Assembly: GCA_051362555.1 (NCBI GenBank)
Contig: CM120640.1
Location: 2,542,001 to 2,606,000, forward strand
DNA length: 64,000 nt
From: Lingula anatina
Lineage: Eukaryota; Animalia; Brachiopoda
Direction: 5' to 3'
Positions within the stretch are counted from its first letter, which is position 1. Each line of letters begins with the position of its first letter. The translations under genes were made by a program, and so were the position numbers. Under the pieces are notes generated by a model. The model worked only from the letters and a program-made list of their open reading frames with translations, did not search any database and was not told the DNA's origin. This document shows positions 14,301 through 29,581 of this stretch, piece by piece.

Positions 14301-17300
14301 TGACCATTGCTCCTAATCAATTGTAATTTGTATAAGTAATTAGTTGGGTTATGGATTCACAGTAGGGGAGCATATGACAGAGGGCAGCTAATTATGTCTT
14401 TGTGGACGTAACATGGCCTTCTGTACTTCAAACATTGTGTATAATTAACTCATTCATTGTTCTTCTCAGTTTGTTATGTTGTTTTCTGTTTTTCGACATT
14501 CCTTGTTGAGATAATGTACACTTACTACATGTATGTCCCCCACTGCTGTGATGTATGTTTTTGTTTGTTTTATCCGTAAATGTCACTAGACGCAGGGCAA
14601 ATACTTTGCTCTGATAATGATTGACATGAATTAACCAATATTTAGTCTGCTTGGCTTTTTTATAAAGCATGCATAAGTTACTGTGATATTGGAAATCTAT
14701 TCACTGATGAAGTAGTAATAGAAAAACAGTTACTCAATTACATGTTTTAACACAGCTAGTGAATTGTAAAAAAATGCAACTTTGTTGTATGACAAAAAAA
14801 AATAGAAAATTGAACTTGATTGATAATTGAATTGGTTAAAGTACTGAATTCCTTATACGTGATTGCATGTTGATGTTGTAAAGATTGCACAATGATAAAT
14901 CATGAAGTGACGATAAACAATAAATAATTTATCAACATATTTGCACTATTAAGAAAGGAGGTTGTAGAAAAAATCACTTATGCAAGGCACAATTGATATG
15001 TTGGTTAATGAGGCTAACCATTTCTAATGGGGAGGAAATCGGTTATTCTATTTTGCACTTTGTACATTTCTCCCCCCCCCCCCCCCTCAAAAAAAAAGGA
15101 AAAAAATTTTAAAAAAAAGAAAAAGAATGCTAAAATTTAGCTTCTATGCACATAAATATTACATGTTTAAAAAATAATTTCATCTTCTGGCCTTGTTTAC
15201 AGAGTCCTCATCTTGCAGGTTATATCATCCTGATGTGAACACCCAAATGATTCCCTTAGGTTCAATTTGCTGCATTCCACTAATTATTTAATTTATTAAT
15301 TTCTTGTAGCTTTGAGCAGTTTGGCAAGCCAGGTGCTATCAATCCAGATGTTCAGAGGCAGACCATAGAGGCCCTGCTGACCCCAAACAAACCTCCATCA
15401 GAGAGCTGCATGAAGCCAGAATTTATAAGACTTGCCCCTCCATTACATATAGCAGAGGATGAGGTGAGTATGAAATAATTACAGTATTCTATACTGAAAC
15501 AGACATGCTTATGCAGAGTGGGATGATGTTAAAGGTTCTCTGTCATAAAAATTGCTGTTCTCTGGTTTCTTTTTGAAAAATTTACACTTTCCCACTCGGT
15601 GCCTCTACATCAGTCTCTAAAATGAAAACTGCTGAGTCATCCTTAATGGACAAGAAAAGTAAAGAATTTATTAAAAGACATTATTGAGATGTTGAAATAA
15701 ATTGGCTTTTAACATGTGTCACAAAGATCAATATTTATGTACTTTTCCCAGTCCTTCACCATATGTTACTTTATTGTACAATAAAGTGAACAGGTAAACC
15801 TTGTTAATAACAAGGTCTATTTTACAAATTTATAATTTTTTTTCTTATATTCCGTAGCTGCTCTGGATGAATCCAACAGAAGTAGAACACCGCCCATCTT
15901 GGGATGCCACCATGTGTGTCACCAACTCGGCAGGCGCGGAGGTCCGTAGACTCATGGCCAAAGCTTTCAAGGGACCACTGCTGTTACAGCAGCAACAACA
16001 GTTACTGGGAGAGCTGGAAAAAGACCCCAAGCTGGTGTATCATATAGGTCTTACACCTGTGAAGGTTTGGTATTTTTACTTACTCAGAATGAACCTTTTT
16101 TGCTATATTCAGTATGAAGGTGGATCTGTTTATGAATTTCTTTCACTAAGGTCAATTTGTTTCATTCAAAAAAACAGTAAATTATAAGTATCTTGATGAA
16201 GTGTCTTATTTTTGCATACATTTTAAAGCAATGACTCATAGTAAGATTACCCATGTAAACAAAATAGAAGGTATTTATTGAACATATTATAATTTCCAGC
16301 TTCCAGACCTGGTGGAGAACAACCCATTGGTTGCTATTGAAGTGTTACTCAAATTAATGCAGTCCAATCAAATTACTGAGTAAGTGCATATTTGCCTTGG
16401 TGTGAGGTTTATTTTACAGTGTGTCTTTACACCCGTAGAAAACAAGTCATTTTTTTTTTTGCAATCAAATTAATTTTTAAATGTTATTTGTTGTTTTTTA
16501 TTTCTATATTAACTAAAAGAATTTAAAACTTGATGCATTCAAAATGTTTCATCCAGTATTTAAGTGATTTTGCCATGTTTCAGGTACTTCTCTGTGTTAG
16601 TCAACATGGAAATGTCTCTGCATTCAATGGAGGTGGTTAACAGGCTCACTACAGTAAGGATTTTAACACTCAGTTTTGTATACATTTAGATATGATATTA
16701 AGTATTTGTGATAAATGAGACAGATTATTCAAGGCACTTTTCATTATTTTTTTCATTACTTTTTCAGTAATGAGTACAGGTTGACGTTTAAAGATTTAAA
16801 GCATAATGGATCACATATTGTTTTTGGAATGGATTCTTTGAAATCTCAAGTACTGAAAAGACTTAATGTGAATGTCTAAGATCTGGTGGTTCATTCACCT
16901 TTACAATTTGCTCATTTCAATGCAGGCTGTTGATCAACATCAGAGTTCATTCACCTTCACATTTTGTTTATATCATTGCAGGCTGTTGACCTACCATCAG
17001 AGTTCATTCACCTGTACATTTCCAACTGTATAGCCACATGTGAGACCATCAAGGACAGGTACATGCAGAACAGACTAGTGCGACTGGTCTGTGTATTTCT
17101 GCAGTCACTCATCAGGAATAAAATTATAGATGTCAAGGTCAGTAAATTTCTTTTTGGTAGCAAGTAGTATAGTCTATTCAGAATTACAAGCAAATCTGCA
17201 TGACATATTTAAAAGATTTATAAATATTTATATTATCTGAAATCACTGTAATATTGGTGGCCACATGTAATTGTTTCATATTAAGTAAATTTTAAGATGT

Positions 17301-17494
17301 ATTATTAGGATGTCTTTGTTTTGAGAAGGGAAATAAATGTTTTTGTATTTATGTTTGTTTTGTAGGACATATTCATCGAAGTTCAAGCATTTTGTATAGA
17401 GCACAGTCGGATTCGTGAAGCAGCTGGTCTTTTCCGATTATTAAAAACATTGGACAATGGTGAACAACCTCCACCTCCTGGACCAACCAAGTGA
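5090..17494 (+). CDS. CNOT11: CCR4-NOT complex subunit 11, 12 coding exons (approx. 5090-5127, 5799-5903, 6101-6234, 6565-6685, 7060-7092, 7604-7719, 15311-15463, 15858-16064, 16300-16379, 16584-16653, 16982-17137, 17366-17494)
   Basis: Translated exons give the CNOT11 signature sequences [54 protein letters not shown]-like, [35 protein letters not shown] and [18 protein letters not shown]. Introns are GT-AG. Confidence 0.95.
5318..5606. repeat. Compound (GT)n/(GGT)n microsatellite in CNOT11 intron 1
   Basis: Directly visible low-complexity run; it explains the spurious His/Thr and Val/Cys ORFs in the track. Confidence 0.95.
9411..10900 (-). CDS. Nested antisense gene: 172-aa protein with predicted N-myristoylation/palmitoylation signal and C-terminal RHIM-like motif; exons 10900-10765, 10068-9895, 9619-9411
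   Basis: ATG lies in an aaacaATGG context with an in-frame upstream TAA. Donors are CAG|GTATGT and CAG|GTAAGA, and acceptors are ttgcag| and atccag|. All junctions are phase 1 and 136+174+209=519 nt. The protein reads MGCKES...[32 protein letters not shown]...ETSV*. Confidence 0.75.
13299..14036 (-). CDS. Nested antisense gene: about 245-aa uncharacterised protein starting MGAGAS (predicted N-myristoylation); possible alternative terminal exon 12904-12855 via donor at 13357
   Basis: Long ORF with GC content above the surrounding intron and an ATG in an agacaATGG context. It has a basic helical segment ([16 protein letters not shown]) and a Ser-rich disordered C-terminal half. Family not recognised. 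Confidence 0.75.
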   Translation of the reverse strand: MGAGASGHQVLSIQDRIRLNTQVHRIDVSEGVASNPAQLQRPKMQRQKGIHGYCGTSEEREEIDCLKLSEARKLRKKIREQRNARIGFVNEICRLPAVSPAPGLMQDRSTLYQASKYHQHTDRFNTNTTDSDISDLNLPPSTPVQGRATPESRWSMCSIATHTDRLKDIESDVSSENGFSREGSQISLVSNPMITSKPPLAPNNRMLLRPFRVKEHHPFMLNQASSGSYSLPPDLFENKIILSAL

Positions 17495-18642
17495 CTTTAC
17501 ACCTTTCACAAGTTCCTACCAGAATGCGAAGAGAAAGAGTTCTATATCAAATCCCGTGGCCCATGTAGCCGATCCTGTCATTGGCCACATTTGTAAACAA
17601 CCTCCAAAGTACTATATATTTTAAAATATATCTTAAAAGAGGTTTTTCATGGTCTTTAGATAGGATGATGAAATAAAATTATTCTGTACTTAGAGACTAA
17701 ATTAATGTCAGTCAAACACATTTTAGTCCACCTCCAAAATGGTGAAATGGGACAGACATCATCCACTGACTGACTTACAGATAAAAAGCATAAGGCCAGT
17801 GTGGAGATGTGTACTGTTGGCCCAGATGTGAACCATTGCTCTGGAGGATTCCTTTTACTATGTTGTACAGGATACGAATGCAATGAACCATCTCTGTTGA
17901 ACAGTTGAAGGAAAGTGGGGGAAAATAGGGTTCATTTGTCAGTTTTCTTCAGCTGATATTTTTCCAGGGAATAGTCATCTGTTATCTTCAATACCAACTC
18001 TTATGGAGCATGTCCATACACGAAAATGAGTAAATTCAGTAAAACATTTTTAAAACCATGTAGTTATTGTGTTAGTTACCGAAATGAGAAATCAAGTGAC
18101 ACTTAATTGTCAGTTTAATATCATGAACCCATTAACTGAAATCTTCATAATTGGTGAAGTGAACCTCTGAACCAAGAGCTACTTAGGAATTTGTCAACAT
18201 GGATAATTTTTAATCACCTCATTCACAAACACTCCTTGCGATAGGTCAATCTGGTCTACAGAACTCGCTTCAGGAAAGGGCATACACTTCTACTAGCACC
18301 AATACTCAGTTCTGATAAAAGATGAAACAACTTTTCTGAAGAAAGAATTATCAATTTTATTGAAATTTCAAGTGGAAACCACCTTGATTTAATCTTTCCA
18401 GAGGTTTTTTCATTTAAGAGAGATCAGACAGCCGATTTTAAGTGAAAAGTTAATTTTATTGAATTCTCCACTATGACAGCCACACAGCAACAACATTTCT
18501 TGATGAGCTTGTTCACTTAAACCACCAATTTCAGGTGAGAAAATTGGTTAATACTTAAACTTGGTGTATTGCACATTTTTGAGTAAGCGACACTGGTTTT
18601 TTCTTACAAATGGTTTATAATAAGGTTGACCACTAGTCCAGT

Positions 18643-21600
18643 TTATTCTAAATCTTGTAGGTTGATGGTAGAGCTGGTGAAGATGACACAGGGTTGGGTG
18701 TGGTCACTGGTTGACGCATCCTGCAGCACCCCATCAGACAGGTCTCCACTTAGGGGGGAGTGGGCCTCCCCTGGGGGGTAGATCTCAGGGTTTGGAGGGT
18801 CGTCCTGCAATAGAAACAGAACATTGTTAGCCATCAACATTAGTTTCAATGAATGAACATCTTTAATATCTACCATGACATTTCAATTGCCCTTTCACTA
18901 AATCCTTATGAAATGTAAAAATCTCCCAGACCACAAGCTTTAAGAAGTTTCATGCAAGAGCAAAATCAACTTTCTGATATCATTTTACATTGAACGCGGA
19001 TTTCACATCACATAACAGATACCAAAGTTAACTGTCAAACACATACCTGTAAAAGTTGTGTCTGGACATATGTGGTCCCAGTCTCTGGGTCTTTGAAGGT
19101 GATCGCATGAGACGTGAGGATCTCGTGAGGGGCGATGGTAGGACCACTAGAGGGCGGGACCAGGTCTGTGGACTTGGGAGCAAGATCTGAAATGGGGGAC
19201 ATAACCTATAGAAAGAGAGCCCTCTGGATACTGTGTGCCTTCTTAAACTTTACCAAGCGCAATTTCTGACACTAATGAAAGTTGTAAAAATATTACAGTT
19301 AAAGATAATGAATAGAATTTCACTGACATATTTAAAAACATCTAATCAAATTTTTCTTTCCGTCCAAGGTCTTGTCTTAATACTTGCCTTGTAAATGCAG
19401 CTCATCAAACCCAATGCTGGCTTTCTCCCTCAAGAGCTGTCGACGTCTCTTGGCCCTATCACTCAGGATGTGGTTGCTCATGTAATCTGTGCGTGCTGAG
19501 CCACTGTAGTTCTCCTGCAATAGTCTTGTAGCGCCCTCTGCTGTGGAATCTGGAGAAAAAAATCAGGTTTACATGAACATTTTCATTACGTTTCAATAGA
19601 CCACAAAAACTCTGAGTATGTTTTAACATTTTTACCATGCTCTTTTCAATGTATAGAGATGAAAGGGAAATCATGAAAAGTTGAAAACCGAAATATATGC
19701 AGAAAAATCCCGAAATGACGATAAACATTGTAACATTTGGAAAAACTGAAAAAGTCAAGAGCTGACGGCTTAAAGGATTATGCAAACAAGGCACTGAGAG
19801 AATAGACAGCCATTATTCTCTAACCTGTAGCTATAGCTATCTTGGCTGTGGGAGAGGAGGAGGTGGCTGCCGTGGTGGTAATCAGGCTGTCTGTGCTGGA
19901 TGTGTGGCTATCAGTCACTATGAGCTGTGTTACCACATTATTACCCACATGATGAGTGATCACGTCATTTGGAAACTGGACCGCCGTCACAATGGACTGG
20001 TCACCTGCAGAAATGCATTCACTCAATATACTTTTGTCAAAATATATTATGAACCAGGTTTTTCATGGTCTCTAAATAGGATGGTAGCATAGAATTTTTA
20101 TTTACTTTGGCCAATTAAATAACATCAGTCAAATGTGAAATGTCATGTTTGAATGAAGTTATTTGGTCTCTAAGTAAAAAATATTTAAGCACTTAACTTT
20201 GTATGCTTACACAACAATACCTGACCTGGCCTGATTAGTACTAGCCTATTAACTTTCATCATTTGTGTTTAATCTCATTCAAATTCTTCCTGTTTAAAAG
20301 CAATATGTAGTACTCTCAGCTTTTAAACTACATACAGTACCTGCGGCAATAAAATCAGCAGGGTTTAGCAAGGTTCCATCTGGTGATGTCAGAATTACAC
20401 TATTAGGATGGATAGTTACACCTGAAAAACAATGGATTTTAATGTAGCAGATTAGTTCTCTTTTTTTTTTTCAATGTCTACATCTAAATCTACTACAAAG
20501 TACTTGGACAACTTATGACCTTTCCAGTACAATATAAATATTTTAAACATTATTTCAAACCTTGGGACCATCTTCTCTTTAAAAACTAACACAAACCCAA
20601 GGGAAGTAGATTTACTAACAGTCTACTGTAATACTATACTAATCTCACCTGAACTGGTCACAACCTGTGACTGTGAGTAACCATCCAAGGAATTGTCCTG
20701 AAGTTCCTCGGCTAGAATTGGCACAATGTCAAACCCACTCCCGTCTGATGAGGGAAAATATATATGTATACTTCATCTAGACATTTCATCTTCAAAGTAC
20801 ATGCTTATAATTTGATGTCATCTTTTTACATTTTTATTTATTCATTTTTGTCAAGTTATTTCTTGTAATTTAAATCAATGTTGCTATTCAAACCTATCTG
20901 TAAATGTGCATATTTGTGAAGAAGTACATTTAACATGAAGAAATTACAATTTTGTCCGACTTTGCATGAAGTCATCAATGTTGAACTTAATTTACATAAA
21001 GAAAGTTTTTCCATGTTCCACGGAGTTCTACACTGCCTCAGACAAACATCCCATAATGCACCCTGTTCACATCCCATAATGCACCGTTCCCTACCTGTGA
21101 CGTCATGGGTGTAGTGTTTGGCAATATGGTTCCTCAAACTGATCTTGGTGATGTATTTCTTATCACAACCCTCCAGGGGGCAGTAGAAGATCACCTTCTT
21201 CTGGGGTTGGTTGTGTTTTTTAACGTGTACTCTAAGACTACACTTGGCACGGAAAGTGGCAGAGCACCCTAAAAACATATCACAAGCATTATATATACAT
21301 ATCAATTTTATTTCAAAACCTAGTAGCTGCAAGATTTATCTTCCACAAAAGTAAAATGAACAGGCTGTATCAGTATAAAAGCATCAAAACTGGTACAGAT
21401 TTCACCCTTATTTTTCAAAAACACGATAATTTTTTTTAAATTATCTAATAGTAAAATAAAAAGCATGACATGAAACCGTAAGGTCCGTACTAGTTGTGGC
21501 ACATTTCAATGCTATAATCAGCTTAAACAGTTATCTGAATGTACCACTCACCTTCCACTGGACATCTAAACGGCCTGTCACCAGAGTGAGACAACACATG

Positions 21601-24600
21601 TTGTTATATTAACAGTTAGTTATCACTATGTACCACTCACCTTCCACTGGACATCTAAATGGCCTGTCACCAGAGTGAGACAACACATGTTGTTTTAAGT
21701 GTTCAGCTCTCAGGAAGGCTTTGTTACAGTTAGGATCTGGACATTTCCACTTTCTGTCCTGGGTGTGTTTCTGCTGGTGTCTGGTTAACTTACTGGAGGA
21801 GGTGAACGCCCAGCCACAACCCTACAAATATATTCCATAGGCACATACATAAAAAAAACAAACATTTTTCATAAAAAAAGAAAAAAAAAGTTTTTTCATA
21901 AATATCTAAGATACATGCAAGATGACTTCATATAAATTAAAAAGTTTCCAAAAAAGATTCCAAAAAATAAAAGAAAATTTTACAAAATATACAGAAGTAA
22001 ATAAAGCCGCCCAATTCAATTTGTCACTGTTAAAAATGCATATGGCATAATTTCATAGGAGCAATTAAATAAAAATATTTGTTCCATACAAGCCAGACCA
22101 TAACTTACATCAACAGGACACACATACGGCTTCTCCCCTGTGTGCATTCTCTCATGCTGCTTTAGCCTGCAGAGTTTGTCAAAAACTCTGCCACAGCCTT
22201 CAAAATGGCAAGTGAGATCTCTGTCTTGTAGATGAACCCTTTTGTGAGACCCCATACAGCTCAGGGAAAAGAAGGTTTTATTGCATCCTTCATAAGGGCA
22301 CCTGAAATGGGGTCAACATTCACAATGATCAAAATCTTGACCAGAGAGTTAGCCCTGACAGGGTAAGATATTAATAGTAGCTACTTCCTTATCACGGTTA
22401 ACTACAAAGGAGATATGTAGGTCTATTTATGATGAAGTACTTTCACTTTCAGATTAATTGCCAGACTCAAAATGCTATCCCATTTCCTACAAAAAAGAAA
22501 AATGGAAAATTCTGTAGAGGAAAATAGAACCACTCTTAAATATATATTTTTAAAAACAATAAGTTCTCCTTACTTATACTTCTTCCCTTGATCCTTGTGG
22601 CTCTTCATGAGATGAGCGTCCAGCTTTCTCCTGGTATCAAAACATGCCTCACACCCCATTTCTGGGCAGACGTGGGAGTTGGGGCGCTTGTGGAGATCTA
22701 TGTGAGTTCGTAGGTTGTAAATGGTTGAGAATTTTTTACCACAGCCTTCAATGTCACACTGGAAATATTAACAGCACTCACTGGTCAATAAATAGGACTC
22801 TTCAGAAACAGCTGATCGATTAGAAATACATCAGCATACTGACAATTTTTTTTCAATATGTAACATTTCTTTAGTTTCCAAATCTTCAGCTTGTTAACTC
22901 TTTCTGTTATTAAATAAATTGAGTGAGGTTTTATTTCAGTTTATATTACACAAATTTTCCAAGACACTGATTTAATCACGGATGTGTAATCAACTTTTCA
23001 AGACTACCAACAAAATAGGAGCTACATACCACATAGTTCTTCTGCCCAAGATGAGACTCCATGTGTCGTTTTAGTTTATAAGCTGTAGTGAAGGCCCACT
23101 CACAACCATTCTCTTGGCACTGATGGGGGAGAAAAGGAAGCAACTTTTGATTTATAATATTCATTTTTCAAAACATAACTCAGATAAAGCATATAGGTAT
23201 TTCTAAAAGACAACAAAAAAAATTTCACTTCTTAAGTATTCACGATGTTTACCTTAAACGGTCTTTCACCAGTGTGTTTCATCATATGAATTTTGAGCTT
23301 CACTGGTTTTTTAAATACTTTGTCACATCCTTCATATGGACATTTACACTTCCCCGCTGCCATCTGTGAGGTTGATGTATCACTGTCACTGACATTCTAA
23401 AATGTGACAAAAACAAAAATAAATTAGGCCATTCAAACTAGCAAATAAGGAAATAATTACAATATGTTCCAAACCTTAAAGATGACCGTTTCATAAATCA
23501 TTTATAAATTTTCTTTTCTTTCATTCTTTTTTTTTTACTACTACCTTTTTAGTTACTATGAATGATTCCTTACATCTCTGATTAAACTGCTATCCAAGGT
23601 AATTCCATTTGTGTTAAAAGAAGCACCATCTAAAGGAATTGCCACCATACCTAGAATACCAAACATTATGAAGTCATATATTATGTATTCGAAACAGATT
23701 TTTTATCTGCTTGCAGTTTGAAAATTTAAGACACTGGTGCAAATTCTTTATATCAAATGTACAACTCTAAATATCAACAACCATTAAATGCTTTAAATGC
23801 ATTAAAAACACTTTGACTTCACAAGACAGAAAGAAATCATCAAACATTGAGAACACTCATAAGAGATAAGAGAAGATATGACTATTTGTTACTAGTAAAT
23901 TGAGGGAGACCTAAATTTAATTTAAACAAAAATATCTAGAAAGATTTTTGGAAAGTATTTTAACAAATAAATCAGATGAAGATATTGAGTTCTAAGTATC
24001 AAAAACATGATCACTATCAGCTTCACCAAGTACTTATTACAAACAATTTGACCTATGTGCCTTAAACATTCTAAATATCATGTTATCTTTCGTTACACTA
24101 AACTGATTTATAAACAAGTGAGTTTCCACAAAGACTGCTATTACTTTTTTGACAGTACTCTCTATGTAGTCAAGTTTATGTAACATTTAATTAATGTCTG
24201 ATCATCCTACAGTCAGACAGCTATCATTACCATCTTTAAGGTTTGCCACGGCTATGGTCCCGGCTCCTGGTCCTTGCGTAGTAGCATGTGCCCCCAGCTG
24301 CTCCAGTGCACTGGTAGCTTGAGTTAAATCTGCAGTGTTCAACTGGTATACCTGTAGCCCCTGAGGAGTCTGGAGTACTATATGCGTTGTATTTGAGCTT
24401 TTATCTGTGGATATGGATATAGAGGCCAATGAGAGCGGATTTGTGCTGGTGCCGTTTTCTGATGATTCTGTTTGTGTTTGGACAGGTTCCACCTGGGAAT
24501 GTCCCTCTGCAGCAAGATCCCCATTAGGCAAGGACAGTTTAGCATCTCTTGGTCCCACAGATTCCTCAAATTCCAGTCCTCTTTCTGGCATAGCTTCTAA

Positions 24601-25344
24601 CTCTTGTGGTGTCATGAGCGTGTTACTACGATCCTCTGATAAATTTCCAAATGAGAATTCTTGAATACCTTGTGAACCGTGTTCCAATAAGGAATTTATT
24701 GATATTGCAGAGTCGTTACTCCCAGCTAAAGATAATGTAGACTGTGATGACCCAGGAGTTAAAGATTTAGTCATATCTGGTTTAACAGGGACTATTGATG
24801 ATATGCCATCGGATGAATTGAGAATAAAACTACTGGAAGATGTCTGTTGTAAAGAACTTTCATTGGGGATAATGTTATTAGAACTGACAAGATCCTGAAT
24901 ACCTGTCGTTCCGAGTGACAGTGATATGTTTCTAGTAGATTCTGTGCCTGCTGCCTGACCCGAAGACGATGACAATGCAGCAACTCCTGCTGTCATATTA
25001 ATTGAACATACAGCACTGCTAGCGTTCGTTTTTAGCCATCCATCATCGTGGTCGTTCAATGGCGTTTCTAAATCGCTTAAATTGGAAGGACTGTCATACG
25101 TGCCTTCGTGTGTTTTGTTATTTTTCATGGAGGCCAAGGAACCATCCTCAAGACCAGAAACAACTCCCTGACCGCCATCTTGAAATTTTGCCAGTTCATC
25201 CTCCTCCTTGCTGTCAATGAATTGTATGTTTTCGTCATCCAAAAACGACGATATACCGCTGTCTTGTTGAAAATAAGCCGGCTCATGCCCTGTCCCATGG
25301 GCGCCGCCATGTTTCTCGAGTTTCAGTCCCCCTTTTCGAAGCAT
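18643..25344 (-). CDS. ZXDC: ZXD-family (ZXDA/B/C-like) C2H2 zinc finger transcription factor, multi-exon; start codon uncertain (ATG at 25344 used)
   Basis: About ten C-x4-C fingers (e.g. CQENGCEWAFTTAYKLKRH, CGWAFTSSSKLTRH, FLRAEHLKQH, CSATFRAKCSLRVH) plus the ZXD-type motifs GSARTDY, TYVQTQLLQDDP and terminal STINLQDLE. Confidence 0.88.
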
Positions 25345-26410
25345 TTTGGTCCCCGCGCAAGGACTACCATGCGGGGTTACCTCAACACAGTCCAAAGAAT
25401 ATTGTATGACGTGATTGGCTTAACTCGGTCAGCTGACCAGTCCAGCGCACCTGTCGCAATACGCCGCTTTTACGAAGGCACACCTACTGCAATAATTGCA
25501 ATTTGTTCAGTCGTATGGGAAAGTGTCTAACCTGTAACCACTTGGTAGCACATTCTTTGGCCGAATATTTTCGGTTACTTATGACAAAGTTGATTATATG
25601 ACACACGTGATTTCCAATGTAAATTCATACAATTGTCATCTAGCTTTTAAGGGAAAATTATTTACGATCACATATCTTCTTAAAAGCAAAAAAGTGACTG
25701 GTGTAACGACACCGAGGTTCGTGTAACCATTTAGTTATAATGGATAGGGTTTGTCCGACCTTAGCGGGTCAAAATCTAGGTCGAGGCTTACCTGTACAAA
25801 TGAATAGGCAGCAGCCTCGTTATCATGGGAGGGGGGGGGGAGGGTCTCCGTCACGTCATACTGGTGCAACAGGTAAGGTAATCCACGGAGTAAAAGTCGG
25901 GGTGCCATTCGACCGATTCTGGATTCAACTGGCTCAATACGTAGGGCTTCAGCTCATGGCGGTTAAGTATCCCTTCTTTAAATTTTTAAAAATGTTTTAT
26001 TAAACGTCAAACTGACGTCCCAGCACTTTCATTTAACAAACCTAGCACAGTGCTGTATCCAAAGGACCATTTTAGCAAAAACTTGATATTTTTTGCATGT
26101 TAGCGTGTTGCAAGTTCAACAATCACACAAAAAGCATCTCAATAGGGATATATCTACTGCAAAAACTTTTTTGCTTGACAGCATGACGTTTGTCACCCCC
26201 CTCCCCCTCCCTGTGGGATATCCTGCCAATGTTGGCCAGAGAATAAAATATAAAGCAAATAAAATTCAAAATGAAAGTAAAGGAATCCATCAAAAACACA
26301 GGGTTGGGCAAACTGGAACAGTGAAGATCTAATAACAGTACACCAATTCTTCATTTACAGTTCCTTAGTATCTTTTTTTTATTCATTAATGTTTATATTT
26401 TACAAGATGT

Positions 26411-28432
<2,022 letters not shown>

Positions 28433-28585
28433 ATTGGCCAGCCACTGTAGAAAGAGACCGGAACAGGTTTGACTTTCACAAAATCAGGGAGTGCGAAGAC
28501 ATTGTTTAGCGGAAGTGGCTGCTCTCCAACCACGGACCTCGTTACAGTACAATAACTTATTCGGAACCGAGGTGTCTGCATCGAG
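28433..28585. promoter_or_regulatory. Compact bidirectional promoter RPS11/NDUFV3 with TCT/5'TOP element
   Basis: The minus strand has CTCTTTCT about 25 nt upstream of the RPS11 ATG (around 28449-28456). An ETS-like CGGAAGT lies at about 28510, and the ATGs are only 153 nt apart. Confidence 0.7.
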
Positions 28586-29581
28586 ATGGCACTGTTACCC
28601 AAAATTGTGTCTGTGGGAGGTTCAAGATCATGGGTAAATATCTTCCTTGTTCTTTTGTCATATCTGATGCCATTACTTTGAATACTGCTGTGACAGACTA
28701 CGCTGTAGCTGCATATGCGGCTTTATGCCATAGCGCCTGTGTCACCTTCTACTCAGTAGGGTAGTCTACTACTGTTCTTGAACTGAACTTGAAAAAGTTG
28801 AATCATGATGATCTTCTGCGGTACTTTTGATTGAGGCAAACTTGTTTGTCAAATTGACATCACAATTTAGTAATTCCGTTTTATCTGCCCATTTATTTCA
28901 GCTGTTACTGTGCAGAACACCGTGTTTTCAGGCAAGAAGTATGACAAGCGGGAAGGATACTGACAAAAAAGGTGAGTTGGGCACTGCATACCAGCAGACA
29001 CTGAAATTTAGTCATGCCTCTTACATACACACACACGCACACACAAAACTTCATTTAATGATGGAAATGTAATAGTACAGCAATCTCCAATTTTGTCAAA
29101 GTTAACTTTACTCATTAAATGATTTTATGTATTTTAGCATGTAATTACAGTAGTTTTGACATAAAGCAAACAAGCATAAGATATCCCACATTGAACTCAA
29201 ATTTATCATAATTTCCAGAGGTAAATGGTATTTTTCTCATCAAACCAACCTTTGAACCTTCTTTCCTGACACACACCATAACTCTGTATAACTAGCAATC
29301 TGAAGAAATTATGTGTTTCAAAACATTACACTTACACAATAATAATTTGTTGTGTTTATCATAATTATTATCTTGTCAAATTAAAGTAAAATTTTGAGTA
29401 ATATTTTATGACAGGTCCACAGCAGACGAAGGCTCCAGAACCAAAGTCTCCTCCAAAAGAGGACAGCAGTGGAAATACATACAAAGTTAAAGAATACTAC
29501 ACCAATAACACATATTCTTTTTACAAAATGGAACATGACATGGAGAAACAACGTATTGGACAACCTAGTTCACTAAAATGA
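28586..29581 (+). CDS. NDUFV3: NADH dehydrogenase flavoprotein 3 (complex I 10-kDa subunit), 94 aa, exons 28586-28633, 28902-28971, 29415-29581
   Basis: The spliced ORF begins MALLPKIVSVGGSRSW|LLLCRTPCFQARSM, which resembles a mitochondrial presequence. It ends with YKVKEYYTNNTYSFYKMEHDMEKQRIGQPSSLK*, matching the NDUFV3 C-terminal Y..Y(S/T)F......M.K.R..QPSS pattern. AATAAA is at 29731. Confidence 0.85.
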
